A DNA stretch of 64,000 bases from an uncultured Candidatus Binatia bacterium (GTDB lineage: Bacteria > Desulfobacterota > Binatia > UBA9968 > JAJDTQ01): contig OZ244070.1 in NCBI GenBank assembly GCA_965215605.1, positions 2,976,001 through 3,040,000 of the forward strand. Direction: 5' to 3'. The translations under genes were made by a program, and so were the position numbers. The notes under the pieces were generated by a model. It saw only the letters and a program-made list of their open reading frames with translations. It did not search any database and was not told where the DNA came from. Below, piece after piece: positions 8,234-19,453 of this stretch (position 1 is its first letter; each line of letters opens with the position of its first letter).

Positions 8234-9759
8234 CGGGGGTTACTGTCCTGGATGCGATTGAAAATGCTTGCGCTCTCGTTGTACAGCGCCTCACTGACAG
8301 CATCGTAGTCGGTTGGATAGAGGCCGGTTTCCTCGTCCAGTTTCACTTCTTCCACCACCGATCCCCTCGGGCGCCGCTTCGGCTTGAACATCCATGCCCC
8401 CACGTCCTCAGGGCGCAGGGCGACCTTGGCGTCGGCGGCTTTCTTGCCCCCCGCATCGGACAGTGCAGATCGCCGCACGATATTGGCGAGCTCCTCCAGC
8501 ACCCATTCGCTGTGCGTCGTAACGATCACGCGGACGCCTGCGCGGACCAGCAGCGCGAGTTGACGCGTGAACTCGACCTGCATGGCCGGATGCAAGTGAG
8601 ATTCCGGCTCCTCGATCATCAGCACGCTGTCGGGTCCGACCCTGTGGCGCAAGTACAGAACCACCGGTGCCAGTTCCGATACCATGGACGAAGTGTTCAT
8701 GAGGGGCAGGTCGTCTTTCCAACCTTTTGGACGATACGCGAAGTGCGGATAACCGGTGACTTCAGACCGGTTGACCAGTACATGACCGCCCAGGACTGCG
8801 TCTTCGATACTTTTCGCGAGATCTTGTCGAGGCGCGCGGGCCCAGTAAAGTCGCGACACATTCCGTCGCGACGGACGGTCGAGTTCGATCAACTGTTGCA
8901 GGAAATCCGCCAAGACACCTGAAAGCATGGGCGTGCGCGCGGCTGGACGCAAGCCTGTCATGGCTGCGCTTCCGATCGTGGCGCTTACCACCGCACTGTG
9001 GGCATGCATGACGCCCGTCCGGTCGGCAGGAAGGTAATAGCCGTCGAGATGCAGCGGACCAAGCACGTACGGGAGGATATGGTCGGTGAGATTGATGAGC
9101 AACTGAGTCAGTCGCCATTCCCGATCGGGTTCTCCTGGCTCGGCGACACGAGTCGGTTCGTTGCCAAAGGAGCCGAGATCGAGAGTGATTTCATCCCGTT
9201 CGGTTATCGGAATGGCCATGTCTTCGGATAGGGTCGCCGTATATTCCGCGTCTCGCCCGCCGAGCAACAACCGGTGTTCGGCCATCCCCGAATCATCGGG
9301 GAGCCGTTTTCGCAACACGACGTTCGCGAAGTCGTGGCTTCCCTTGCGGATCAGCCCGCGGAGATCGCGGATGCCGAAGCATCGGACGATCTCAAGGGCC
9401 AAGCGGTCACCGTGGGATTTGATTGCGGTACGAACAGCATCCGTGATTCCACCGGGTAGGACAACGCGTCCTCCGAAACCTGGCTTCGCCATGTCTTCAG
9501 CGGTCCGCTTTGCGAATGCGGCCAACGTGTTGACGGTTTTCCGAGGCAGTTCGGGACGCTCCTCGAATACTCGCCAATGGCGGAACCCGGCGCTGAAATG
9601 CCGGTGCAGCGCATATATCAGGATCGCCAGATAGGATTTGCCGGTGTTGCTCGGTCCGACGAATACGGTAAGCGGGCGCAGGTCCACTCTGGCTTCGACG
9701 ATAGGGCCGAAATCCGCTACTCTAACTTCGAGAGTGTCTCGTGGAGGTCGATCCTTCAT
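8230..9759 (-). CDS. ABC-type AAA ATPase (AAA_15/AAA_21 class)
   Basis: N-terminal DFGPI, Walker A GPSNTGKS, YLPADR, signature-like SSMVSE, Walker B/D-loop LMIEEPESHLHP, H-loop VTTHS. Confidence 0.88.
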   Translation of the reverse strand: MKDRPPRDTLEVRVADFGPIVEARVDLRPLTVFVGPSNTGKSYLAILIYALHRHFSAGFRHWRVFEERPELPRKTVNTLAAFAKRTAEDMAKPGFGGRVVLPGGITDAVRTAIKSHGDRLALEIVRCFGIRDLRGLIRKGSHDFANVVLRKRLPDDSGMAEHRLLLGGRDAEYTATLSEDMAIPITERDEITLDLGSFGNEPTRVAEPGEPDREWRLTQLLINLTDHILPYVLGPLHLDGYYLPADRTGVMHAHSAVVSATIGSAAMTGLRPAARTPMLSGVLADFLQQLIELDRPSRRNVSRLYWARAPRQDLAKSIEDAVLGGHVLVNRSEVTGYPHFAYRPKGWKDDLPLMNTSSMVSELAPVVLYLRHRVGPDSVLMIEEPESHLHPAMQVEFTRQLALLVRAGVRVIVTTHSEWVLEELANIVRRSALSDAGGKKAADAKVALRPEDVGAWMFKPKRRPRGSVVEEVKLDEETGLYPTDYDAVSEALYNESASIFNRIQDSNPR

Positions 9760-9902
9760 GCCTTGGCTACACTCTTCCAGCAATCACACGGGCTCATCGG
9801 ATGCCTTCCCTGATGGTAGATCACCGGAGCGGGAGCGCAAATCCAGCCCAATCTGCAGGGGGATGCGCGACCGCACCGGATCACGGGCGGCAGATGACGG
9901 AG

Positions 9903-11135
9903 CTAACCGGTAGCCTGCCGCTTCGGGTTTGCCTCCGCGGCAGCGTGGGCCTTCTGGAAATCTTCCTCGTCGAAGTTGTAGAGCCCGGCGCCGCCCATGA
10001 AGATGGCCGCGGCGGTCGCCCGTGACACGTTGTTCAGGAGGTTGTTGGAGACGTTGGGGAAGTTCGAGTCGAAGTGCGGGTAGTCGGTGGAGATGCACAT
10101 GCGGTCCGCGCCGATGAGCTCGGCGGTGCCGGCGATCTCGGGCTCGCTCCCTTCCACCGCGGCCCAGCAGTTCCGCTGGAAGTACTCCTTGGGGGTCAGC
10201 GACAGGTACGGCGCGTGGGAGTCGCGATAGTTGGCGTAGTCCCACTCGATGCGCGTCAGTATGCCCGGCACCCAGGAGTTCTGGGCTTCCAGGTAGCCCA
10301 CCCGCAGCTTGGGATGGAACTCGAAGACGCCGCCGATGATCATGGCGATGAGCGCCTGCTGCATCTCGATCCAGTGGCTGGCGACGTGGCGGTAGAACCG
10401 GTTCTCGCCGTACAGATCGTTCATGTGGGAGTTCCACGCGCCGGTGCCCTCATGGAAGCACCAGGACACGTCCAGCTCCTCGTGCAGGCTGTAGAGAGGG
10501 TCCCAGTAGTTGGAGTGCCAGAAGTGGCCGTTGATCATGTTGGGCCGGATGAACGACGCCACCGCCCCGAGCTCCTCCACCGCCCGCTTCAACTCGTGGC
10601 ACGCCAGGTTCACGTCGTGCAGCGGCAGCATGGCGGCGAACTTCATGCGGTCCGGGGAGTACTGGCAGAAGTCGTGGATCCAGTCGTTGTACGCACGACT
10701 CAGGGCGTGCGACATGTGCGGGTCCATGTCGTCCCGCGCCAGCAGCCCCAGCCCGCCGGTGGGGAAGAGCACGGCGATGTCGATGCCTTCCATCTCCATC
10801 CCCATGACCTGGGCTTCCTCGTCGTATCCCCGCTCGATGGCGAAGTCCAGGCGCCCTGTGTCGGCGATGCGGGAGGCGGACAATACCCCGGTGGCGGCCC
10901 CCATGACGGGCCCCGTGGCCTTGGACGACGCGGCCTTCTTGCGGTGTTGCTGCAGCTCCGAGTCCGCGCCGGTAGGCAGCCCGTCGATGGTCCAGGTGCG
11001 CCGGCTGATCTTTCCCTTGCCGTCCACCGCCCAGGTCACGCGGTGCTTGAAATCGGGGTCCAGGTATTTCTCCAGCAGGTCGCCGGGTTCCTGAATGTGC
11101 ATGTCGCTGTCAACGAAACGCAGGCCGTCTTTCAT
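9903..11135 (-). CDS. Amidohydrolase family protein
   Basis: MKDGLRFVDSDMH start with AGGAGG RBS; VLFPT, AYNDW, FHEG, STDYPH. Confidence 0.88.
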   Translation of the reverse strand: MKDGLRFVDSDMHIQEPGDLLEKYLDPDFKHRVTWAVDGKGKISRRTWTIDGLPTGADSELQQHRKKAASSKATGPVMGAATGVLSASRIADTGRLDFAIERGYDEEAQVMGMEMEGIDIAVLFPTGGLGLLARDDMDPHMSHALSRAYNDWIHDFCQYSPDRMKFAAMLPLHDVNLACHELKRAVEELGAVASFIRPNMINGHFWHSNYWDPLYSLHEELDVSWCFHEGTGAWNSHMNDLYGENRFYRHVASHWIEMQQALIAMIIGGVFEFHPKLRVGYLEAQNSWVPGILTRIEWDYANYRDSHAPYLSLTPKEYFQRNCWAAVEGSEPEIAGTAELIGADRMCISTDYPHFDSNFPNVSNNLLNNVSRATAAAIFMGGAGLYNFDEEDFQKAHAAAEANPKRQATG

Positions 11136-11601
11136 TTCGTTCCTCCTTGTCAGGGCGGGCCGGGGGCCAAGCGTATCCACGCGCCCTTTGCGCCGCATCG
11201 ATACGAACGACACTACCGGAAGTGGCGGCTCGCGGTCAACGACAGCCGGGCGCGGCGGTCTCTCCGTTGGCCACGCGTATGTCACGGTAGCAGACAGTGG
11301 CTACGACCGCCCAGCATGCTCTGATCGATCCGTTCACCAAGAGGATCGCCGGTGACAGCAAGCGAAGGACAGGCGCACGACGGGCCAGACCGCGATCTTG
11401 TCGTCGCCGGCAGGCGCGTTGAGTGAGCTTAGCTCGGGCTGGTCAGCTTCCAAGGTTCGGTTCTCCGGCTCTTTGTCCCTTTAGACTTTCCGCTGGCTCC
11501 GTGCAATAAGGAACGGTCAATTTATATATCGAGGGGCGGCGGCCCGGCACGGCGTGGCCGCCGGTCGTCGTTGCAACTTCACGAGTCTGAGGGACCTCAT
11601 T

Positions 11602-12531
11602 ATGAAGAACAGGGCTTTGCGAGCCTTTCAACTTCACGTCCATCGCGTCCGCCTGTTGCCTGTGTTGGTGCTGGGGCTCGCGGCTGCGGGTTGCGCCCTG
11701 TCCACGGATACGGCCCGCCTCGACGAGGTCGCCAGGGCGGGCATCGTCTATGCCGACAAGCTGCCGCGGTTGCTCGATCGGGCATTCGAGTTGGCGGCGG
11801 CGGTGGATTCGGGCGCGTTGGTGGAGGCGCGGCCGGGGCTCTCCGCGGAGCAACGCCGGGAAGCATTGCGGGAGTTCGACGCGGCCACTGCGGAACGCCT
11901 GGAGGGATACGTGGCGGCCAAAGGTCACAACGGCTTGTTGAGATCCTACTTCCTCGTGTTGCAGACCCTGGCCGAGCCCGAAGGACGGAAGGGCAGCGGC
12001 AATGCCGCGAAACGGCTCACCGCGGAGTTGGGCAGGCTGTCGCCAAGGATCAGGAAGGCCCGCATGGGCGATGTGTCGGTGGCCGGTTTCCTCGAGCCGG
12101 CGGTGGAGATCGCGGTGGCGTCATTCCGTTCCGCGGCGCTGCGGCTTGAGCTCGAAGCGCGCGGAGCGACCATCGAGCGCGAGTTGGCCGTGCAGCAAGC
12201 CCTGGTGAGCGCCCTGGCGCGTCAGGTCCGCGCGGACCAGGAGGTCCTGTCGGCCCGTTTTCGGGATGACGAGGTGGTGGAGCCGTACGTGAGCGCCGCC
12301 CGATTGCCCAAGGCCTGGCCGGCAAAGCGGCTAAGGAGCCTGCGGGACAGCGGCGATCTTGAAGCGGCGCGGGCGGCGCAACGGGCCATGCGTTCGTTGC
12401 GGCAGGCATACGTGGCCGCGCTGGAGGGACGCCTGGATTCCACCCGGGCAGCCGAGCTGGCCACCACCGTCGAGGGTTTCGTCGAACTGGTGTCGCGACT
12501 CGGTGCCGGAGCAAAAGGAGCCGTTCGATGA
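11602..12531 (+). CDS. Hypothetical lipoprotein, predicted all-helical
   Basis: Lipobox LAAAGC after a hydrophobic stretch; Ala/Leu/Arg-rich; GAGGG RBS. Confidence 0.6.
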   Translation: MKNRALRAFQLHVHRVRLLPVLVLGLAAAGCALSTDTARLDEVARAGIVYADKLPRLLDRAFELAAAVDSGALVEARPGLSAEQRREALREFDAATAERLEGYVAAKGHNGLLRSYFLVLQTLAEPEGRKGSGNAAKRLTAELGRLSPRIRKARMGDVSVAGFLEPAVEIAVASFRSAALRLELEARGATIERELAVQQALVSALARQVRADQEVLSARFRDDEVVEPYVSAARLPKAWPAKRLRSLRDSGDLEAARAAQRAMRSLRQAYVAALEGRLDSTRAAELATTVEGFVELVSRLGAGAKGAVR

Positions 12532-12863
12532 CGTCGGGAGAGATTCGAGGCAAGACGCTGTCGGAATTGCGCCGGGCGCGAAAAAACATGATGTCGGCGG
12601 AATGGCTCGCGGGATTGGAGAGTCTGTCCGCGGCCGAGCGCACGGTGGCGGCAACCACGCTGCTGGACGTCTGCATGGCCATCCGGCGACTCGAGAACGT
12701 CGGCGTCGCGGCCATCCGGCGCCAACTGGCCGATAACGAAAATGAGCTTGAACGGGGTATCCGCGGTCTTCAACGGGCTTCGGAGCGACTCCACCGGGTG
12801 AAGACGTACCTCAGGGCCGCGGCCGTGCTCGCGGCGACCGTGGGCAAGGTGGTCAAGCCTTGA
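12528..12863 (+). CDS. Hypothetical small coiled-coil protein coupled to the lipoprotein
   Basis: ATGA overlap, AAGGAG RBS, heptad-like LENVGVAAIRRQLADNENELERGIRGL. Confidence 0.6.
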   Translation: MTSGEIRGKTLSELRRARKNMMSAEWLAGLESLSAAERTVAATTLLDVCMAIRRLENVGVAAIRRQLADNENELERGIRGLQRASERLHRVKTYLRAAAVLAATVGKVVKP

Positions 12864-12962
12864 TCCATGTCGTCGGAGGATGGCGCGGTTCTCCAGGTAC
12901 TCCGCCGTGGTCTGTGGACCAGCGCGTCTTCGGTGCAGGACTGCGAGGCCATAGCCGTGGGA

Positions 12963-13355
12963 TCAAGCGGCCATGGTGGCTACGTCGTATCGCGGGATAT
13001 GGTGGTCGCGGGTGACGAGTATCAATCCCTCGGCTTGGGCCTGGGCGATCAGAAAACGGTCGAACGGGTCACGGTGGTGCATCGGCAGTTTGCCCGCCTG
13101 CTCGGCATGATGGAAGGTCAACGGCAGGTGGGTGAAGCGCTTTTCTTCAACCATCGCCGACAGGTTGTCCGGCGCGGTCATGGTCCCCTTCGCCCGCTTG
13201 ACGGTGACCTCCCAACCGGTAATGGCGCTGACGAAGACGTCGTTTCCGGAGTCGGCGATCGCCGAACGGGCCGCCTCGGTCAGCCGCGCGACATCGGTGA
13301 CCCACCATATGAATGCGTGGGTGTCCAGCAACAGCCGCACGACGTCAGTCCTCAT
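12963..13355 (-). CDS. vapC: PIN-domain (VapC) toxin
   Basis: LLLDTHAFIWW, VSAITGWE, HRDPFDRFLIAQA, LVTRD; start may be GTG at 13340. Confidence 0.9.
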   Translation of the reverse strand: MRTDVVRLLLDTHAFIWWVTDVARLTEAARSAIADSGNDVFVSAITGWEVTVKRAKGTMTAPDNLSAMVEEKRFTHLPLTFHHAEQAGKLPMHHRDPFDRFLIAQAQAEGLILVTRDHHIPRYDVATMAA

Positions 13356-13599
13356 CCGGGAAGATCTTCGAGTTCTCGATCAGGTCCATGAGTTCCTCGT
13401 CGGGCTCGTCAAAGTCGGGGGCCATCCATATATGCCCTTCCAGCCCACCAGGCTTTCGTTCCTCCGCCGGTCGTTTGTACGGCTTCAGCACAAGATACGG
13501 TTCGCCGGCCTTGGCGATCACGATCTCCTCGCCTCCCCAAGCCAACTTGCCCAACCTGGAAAGTTGGGACTTCGCCTCGTGCATGTTCACCTGTTTCAT
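13345..13599 (-). CDS. Phd/YefM family antitoxin
   Basis: VNMHEAKSQLSRL..GEEIVIAKAGEP, RKPGGLEGHIWMAPDFDEP. Confidence 0.88.
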   Translation of the reverse strand: MKQVNMHEAKSQLSRLGKLAWGGEEIVIAKAGEPYLVLKPYKRPAEERKPGGLEGHIWMAPDFDEPDEELMDLIENSKIFPDED

Positions 13600-13611
13600 T
13601 TGAGGACCTCA

Positions 13612-13659
13612 TTAGCTAAATTGAGCTAAATTTTATCAGGAGGTACCCATTCCCGTCAA
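13612..13659 (-). promoter_or_regulatory. Sigma70-like promoter and operator of the Phd-VapC module
   Basis: Minus strand TTGACG-N18-TAAAAT; inverted repeat TTAGCT-N6-AGCTAA at 13612-13629. Confidence 0.6.
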
Positions 13660-14042
13660 GATGGAGATCCGACGCGAGACACTTGGTGAGCCAGGCCAAG
13701 CCCGTCGGCTGCCGCTCTCAGACGTTTGTCTCGCGTCCACAGTCGCGCTGGGGGAGCGAGGGCCGTGGCCGCCAGCAAATGCATGTCAATGTAGCCGATG
13801 CCCCGTCCCATCAACCCGTTTCGCCCAATGAAATAAAGCACTTCGGAGTCTTCCGCGGCGGGGATGGCGGGCAGGTCCTGCAACATCGCCAGGATCTCTT
13901 GGCGTCGGGCAAGGTTGCCGCAGGCCAACTCGCCGATGACGAAGGGATGGACAAGCGCTTGATCGGCGTCGAGCATGTGCGCCAATGCGCGGCTTCCGGC
14001 GCGCAGATGCTCGATCCATACCGACGTATCGACCAGGATCAT
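13656..14042 (-). CDS. vapC: PIN-domain (VapC) toxin
   Basis: MILVDTSVWIEHLR, HPFVIGELACGNL, GIGYIDMHLLA, LWTRDKRL. Confidence 0.9.
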   Translation of the reverse strand: MILVDTSVWIEHLRAGSRALAHMLDADQALVHPFVIGELACGNLARRQEILAMLQDLPAIPAAEDSEVLYFIGRNGLMGRGIGYIDMHLLAATALAPPARLWTRDKRLRAAADGLGLAHQVSRVGSPS

Positions 14043-14251
14043 TGGCGGGACGGACCCTCGCCGGCGGAGCGGCGCCGTGGGACCGGTTGCAAATCAGCTT
14101 GACTGCCGCCGAGCTTGGCGAGCCGTCGTGCGCTTTCCCGCTCCACGAGGGCTCGAAGGGCTTCACGAATCAGCGCCGGTTTGGCGGTGATGTTGGTTAG
14201 CTCACGAGCGCGCGCCAGCAGATCGTCGTCTATGTTCAGGGTGGTTCTCAT
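14039..14251 (-). CDS. vapB: VapB family antitoxin (RHH type)
   Basis: MRTTLNIDDDLLARARELT..LIREALRALVERESARRLAKLGG; overlaps vapC start. Confidence 0.88.
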   Translation of the reverse strand: MRTTLNIDDDLLARARELTNITAKPALIREALRALVERESARRLAKLGGSQADLQPVPRRRSAGEGPSRQ

Positions 14252-14365
14252 AACGCTGCTTCGAAGCAAGACCGAACCAAAGGCCAATCGTATGAAGGCC
14301 GATAGTAGCATCAGTGATGTCAGAATCAATGTCAACGGTCCCGGCGGCAGGGTGTAAAATCCTGA

Positions 14366-15034
14366 TCCTGCCTGCGCTTCCTCTTCGCCCTCCCGCGCTA
14401 CTCGGAAGACCTGTACTTCGCCCTTGAAAGCGATACGGACCGCTATGATCTGCGTGCTTGGCTGAAGGCCATTCGCGCGGAGTTGTCCCGCGAAGGCTAC
14501 AGCGTCGGTCTCACCGTTCGGGACCACAATCCGGTTCATAGCGCGTTCGTGCGCTTCCCGGGGGTTTTGTACGACGCGGGCCTCTCACCCCATCGAGAAG
14601 AAAGCCTTGCCGTCAGGATCGAGGTCGATACGCGCGCTCCGGCCGGGGCCGTCCTGGAGACCCACCTCGTGCGGCGCCACGTGACGCTACGGCTGCGTCA
14701 CCACGACCGCGCGTCGCTGCTCGCCGGCAAGCTGCACGCGATCTTGCAGCGTCCCTATGCCAAGGGAAGGGACCTGTACGACCTGATCTGGTACATGAGC
14801 GATCCGACCTGGCCCGCGCCCAATCTCAGGCTGCTCAACGCGGCCTTGCGGCAGACTCATTGGTCGGGCGGAGTGCTGCGGGACAACACCTGGCGGGAGA
14901 CGATGATCCAGCGTCTCGACGCCTTGGCGTGGGACCGGGCGGCCGCGGATGCGCGCCCGTTCCTGGAGCGGGAAGAGGATGTGGAGTTGCTGACTCGGGA
15001 GAATGCCGTGCGGCTTTTGACCGAGCACCCGTGA
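14366..15034 (+). pseudogene. 5'-truncated AbiEii-type nucleotidyltransferase
   Basis: In-frame reading upstream of the ORF gives CLRFLFALPRYSEDLYF, preceded by TGA at 14363; C-terminal AGKLHAILQR..KGRDLYDL. Confidence 0.75.
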
Positions 15035-15170
15035 TAGTGGGTAGCGTGCGAGCAGCGTTGCTACCCAGTGTCAAGGGAAGATGAATTATGTCCACCGCTA
15101 TTGTATGATGGCCTATCCTGACCGCGGCTGACGCTCCGGCGGGACGATCCAACATGGAAGCAGGTTCCAC

Positions 15171-15788
15171 ATGAGCGGTGCCGATTCAGACGCTGTCCTC
15201 TCACAACACGATCGCGCCACCATCGAGGCGGCGGCCGCGCGCATCGTCCCCTCGGACAAGGATCCGGGCGCGCGAGAGGCCGGGGTCATCGACTACATCG
15301 AGGGCCTGCTGGCCTCGGATGACGACGTCGACACGGACATCAGCCCACGGGAGAAGAAGGAGTACGCCAACTTCCTCCTCGGGAGCATGGGGGGCCGCAC
15401 CGAGGAGCAGCAGGCGACTCTGTTCAAGCTCAACGGCTTGGGCAGCCGCCACCGGCAGGCCTACCGGGATGGGGTGGCGGAGCTGGACCGGCTGGCCGCG
15501 GAGCTGGAGTCGGGCAAGGACTTCCACGGGCTGGACGAGGCCGGGCAGGACCGGGTCCTGACCATCCTGGACGAGCGGAAAGACCCTTTCTTCACGCTCC
15601 TCCTGACCCACACCATGGAAGGCTTCTACGGCCACCCGCGCCACGGCGGCAACAAGGACCAGGTCGGGTGGCAGGTATTGGGATACCCCGGCCCGAGCTT
15701 TCCCCACGGTAACGAATCCCCCTATGGCTGGTATGACGCCAACGAGCCGGACGAGTTCCCGCACCCCAAGAAGGACCGCTCGTCCTAG
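15171..15788 (+). CDS. Gluconate 2-dehydrogenase subunit 3 family protein
   Basis: RIVPSD..PGAREAGVIDYIE, TMEGFYGHPRHGGNKDQVGWQVLGYPG. Confidence 0.85.
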   Translation: MSGADSDAVLSQHDRATIEAAAARIVPSDKDPGAREAGVIDYIEGLLASDDDVDTDISPREKKEYANFLLGSMGGRTEEQQATLFKLNGLGSRHRQAYRDGVAELDRLAAELESGKDFHGLDEAGQDRVLTILDERKDPFFTLLLTHTMEGFYGHPRHGGNKDQVGWQVLGYPGPSFPHGNESPYGWYDANEPDEFPHPKKDRSS

Positions 15789-15813
15789 GCCGGCACGGAG
15801 GCACGGGAAACAG

Positions 15814-17469
15814 ATGGCAAAGCGCGAAACAGTCGACGTCTGCATCGTAGGAGGCGGGGCATCGGGTCTGGTGGCGGCCAAGGAGCTCACCGAGACGGGC
15901 ATGACGGTGTGCGTGCTGGAGCGGGGCCCCTGGTACAAGCGCGAGGACTTCGCCCTGGGCGATGAGCTGATGTACAAGCGGCGCAACTTCTTCTGGCCCA
16001 CGGTGGAGTTGGAGCCGCGTACCTGGCGGCCCGACGCGGATACGCCCGCGGAGATCCTGTCCAACAAGACCCAGACCTTCTCCAACGCCATGTGCGTGGG
16101 CGGCGGGACCATCCACTACAGCGGGCTTTCCTGGCGGTTTCATGAGTCGGACTTCCGCGTGAAGTCCGAGGACGGTCCGGTAGCGGGCGCGACCATCGAG
16201 GATTGGCCCATCTCTTACGAGGACATGGAGCCCTTCTACGAAAAGGCGGAGTGGACCGTCGGCATCTCGGGCAAGGGCTGGTCGAACCCCTTCGATCCGC
16301 CGCGCAAGCGTGACTACCCGGTGGGGCCGGCGGCCCGCAACAGCCCCGGGGCCGCCCTGGAAAAGGGCGCCCGCAAGCTCGGCCTTCACCCGTTTCCCAC
16401 CCCCCTGGCGATCCTCACCGGCGACTACGACGGCCGTCCGGGCTGCATCGGCAAGGGCATGTGCTCGGCCTACGGCTGTCCGGTGGGAGCCAAGTCCAGC
16501 ACCCTGGAGTCGCTGTTGCCCAAGGCTCTGGCCACCGGCCGCCTGGAGATCCGGCCCCTCTGCCTGGCCCGGGAGATCACCCTGGACCGGGACGGGAAGG
16601 CCTCCGGCGTGACCTATTTCAACGGCGAGGGCGAGGAGGAGCACCAGCCGGCGCGCCTGGTGGTGATGGCGGCGGGCGGCGTGGAGACGGCGCGGCTGCT
16701 GCTCATGTCCGAGTCCGCGCGCTTCCCCCAGGGGTTGTCCAACCGCAGCGGCTTGGTGGGCAAGAACCTCATGTTCCATTCCCCGGGCGTGACCCTGGTG
16801 GTGACCTTCCCCGAGCCGCTGGACGGCCACAAGGGAACGTCGAGCACCCGGGTGCTCCAGGACTTCTACAAGACCGACACCAAACGGGGGTTCATCCGGG
16901 GCGGCTTCATGCATCCCCGGGCCCACGGCGGCGACCCCATCGAGCTGGCCCTCCGGCCCATCCACGGCAAGCGCTGGGGCCAGGAGCACAGGGACTCCAT
17001 GCGCGAGACCTGGAGCCACTACCTGCACAGCCACTGCACCGGCGAGAGCCTTCCGGTGGAGAGCAATGCCGTGGACCTCGACCCCGACGTGACCGACTGC
17101 TACGGCCTGCCGGTGGCCCGCGTCACCTACACCAGCCACGAGAACGACGTGCGGCTGGCCACCTACCTGGGCGAGCGCTCCCGGGAAATCTACGAGGCCG
17201 CGGGAGCCACCCGGATCATCGTGCCCAAGCCCGAGACCCGCAAGCTCCACAACCACCAGATGGGCTCCTGCCGCATGGGCGACGATCCCGAGTCGTCGGT
17301 GGTGGACAAGTGGTGCCGTTCCCACGACGTGTCCAACCTCTTCATCGTCGACGCCAGCGTGTTCGTGACCGCCGCCGGCCTCAACCCCACGCTCACCATC
17401 GAGGCCAACGCGTTTCGCGTCTGCGACTACATGGTGGCCGAGGCGCGCAAGGGAAGTCTCATCCACTGA
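15814..17469 (+). CDS. GMC family FAD oxidoreductase
   Basis: VCIVGGGASG, VGGGTIHY, DWPISYEDMEPFYEKAE, HQMGSCRMG, NPTLTIEA. Confidence 0.9.
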   Translation: MAKRETVDVCIVGGGASGLVAAKELTETGMTVCVLERGPWYKREDFALGDELMYKRRNFFWPTVELEPRTWRPDADTPAEILSNKTQTFSNAMCVGGGTIHYSGLSWRFHESDFRVKSEDGPVAGATIEDWPISYEDMEPFYEKAEWTVGISGKGWSNPFDPPRKRDYPVGPAARNSPGAALEKGARKLGLHPFPTPLAILTGDYDGRPGCIGKGMCSAYGCPVGAKSSTLESLLPKALATGRLEIRPLCLAREITLDRDGKASGVTYFNGEGEEEHQPARLVVMAAGGVETARLLLMSESARFPQGLSNRSGLVGKNLMFHSPGVTLVVTFPEPLDGHKGTSSTRVLQDFYKTDTKRGFIRGGFMHPRAHGGDPIELALRPIHGKRWGQEHRDSMRETWSHYLHSHCTGESLPVESNAVDLDPDVTDCYGLPVARVTYTSHENDVRLATYLGERSREIYEAAGATRIIVPKPETRKLHNHQMGSCRMGDDPESSVVDKWCRSHDVSNLFIVDASVFVTAAGLNPTLTIEANAFRVCDYMVAEARKGSLIH

Positions 17470-17563
17470 AGCGCGTGGTGGCTTTCCTTTTGCGCGCTTG
17501 TCCTGGCGGGCCTTCGGCCCGGCGCCGCCACCTCCGGTCGGCGGCGTGGCCAGGAAGGGACCG

Positions 17564-19393
<1,830 letters not shown>

Positions 19394-19453
19394 TCCCGGG
19401 ACTCACCGCGGATCCGTCCAGCCCGTTCTGTGCGCACTATCCTTTTTTGGCCC

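Noticed and set aside
11136-11600. Long intergenic region examined for an ncRNA or riboswitch
   Set aside because: No recognisable aptamer consensus, repeat or terminator; only an AT-rich promoter-like patch
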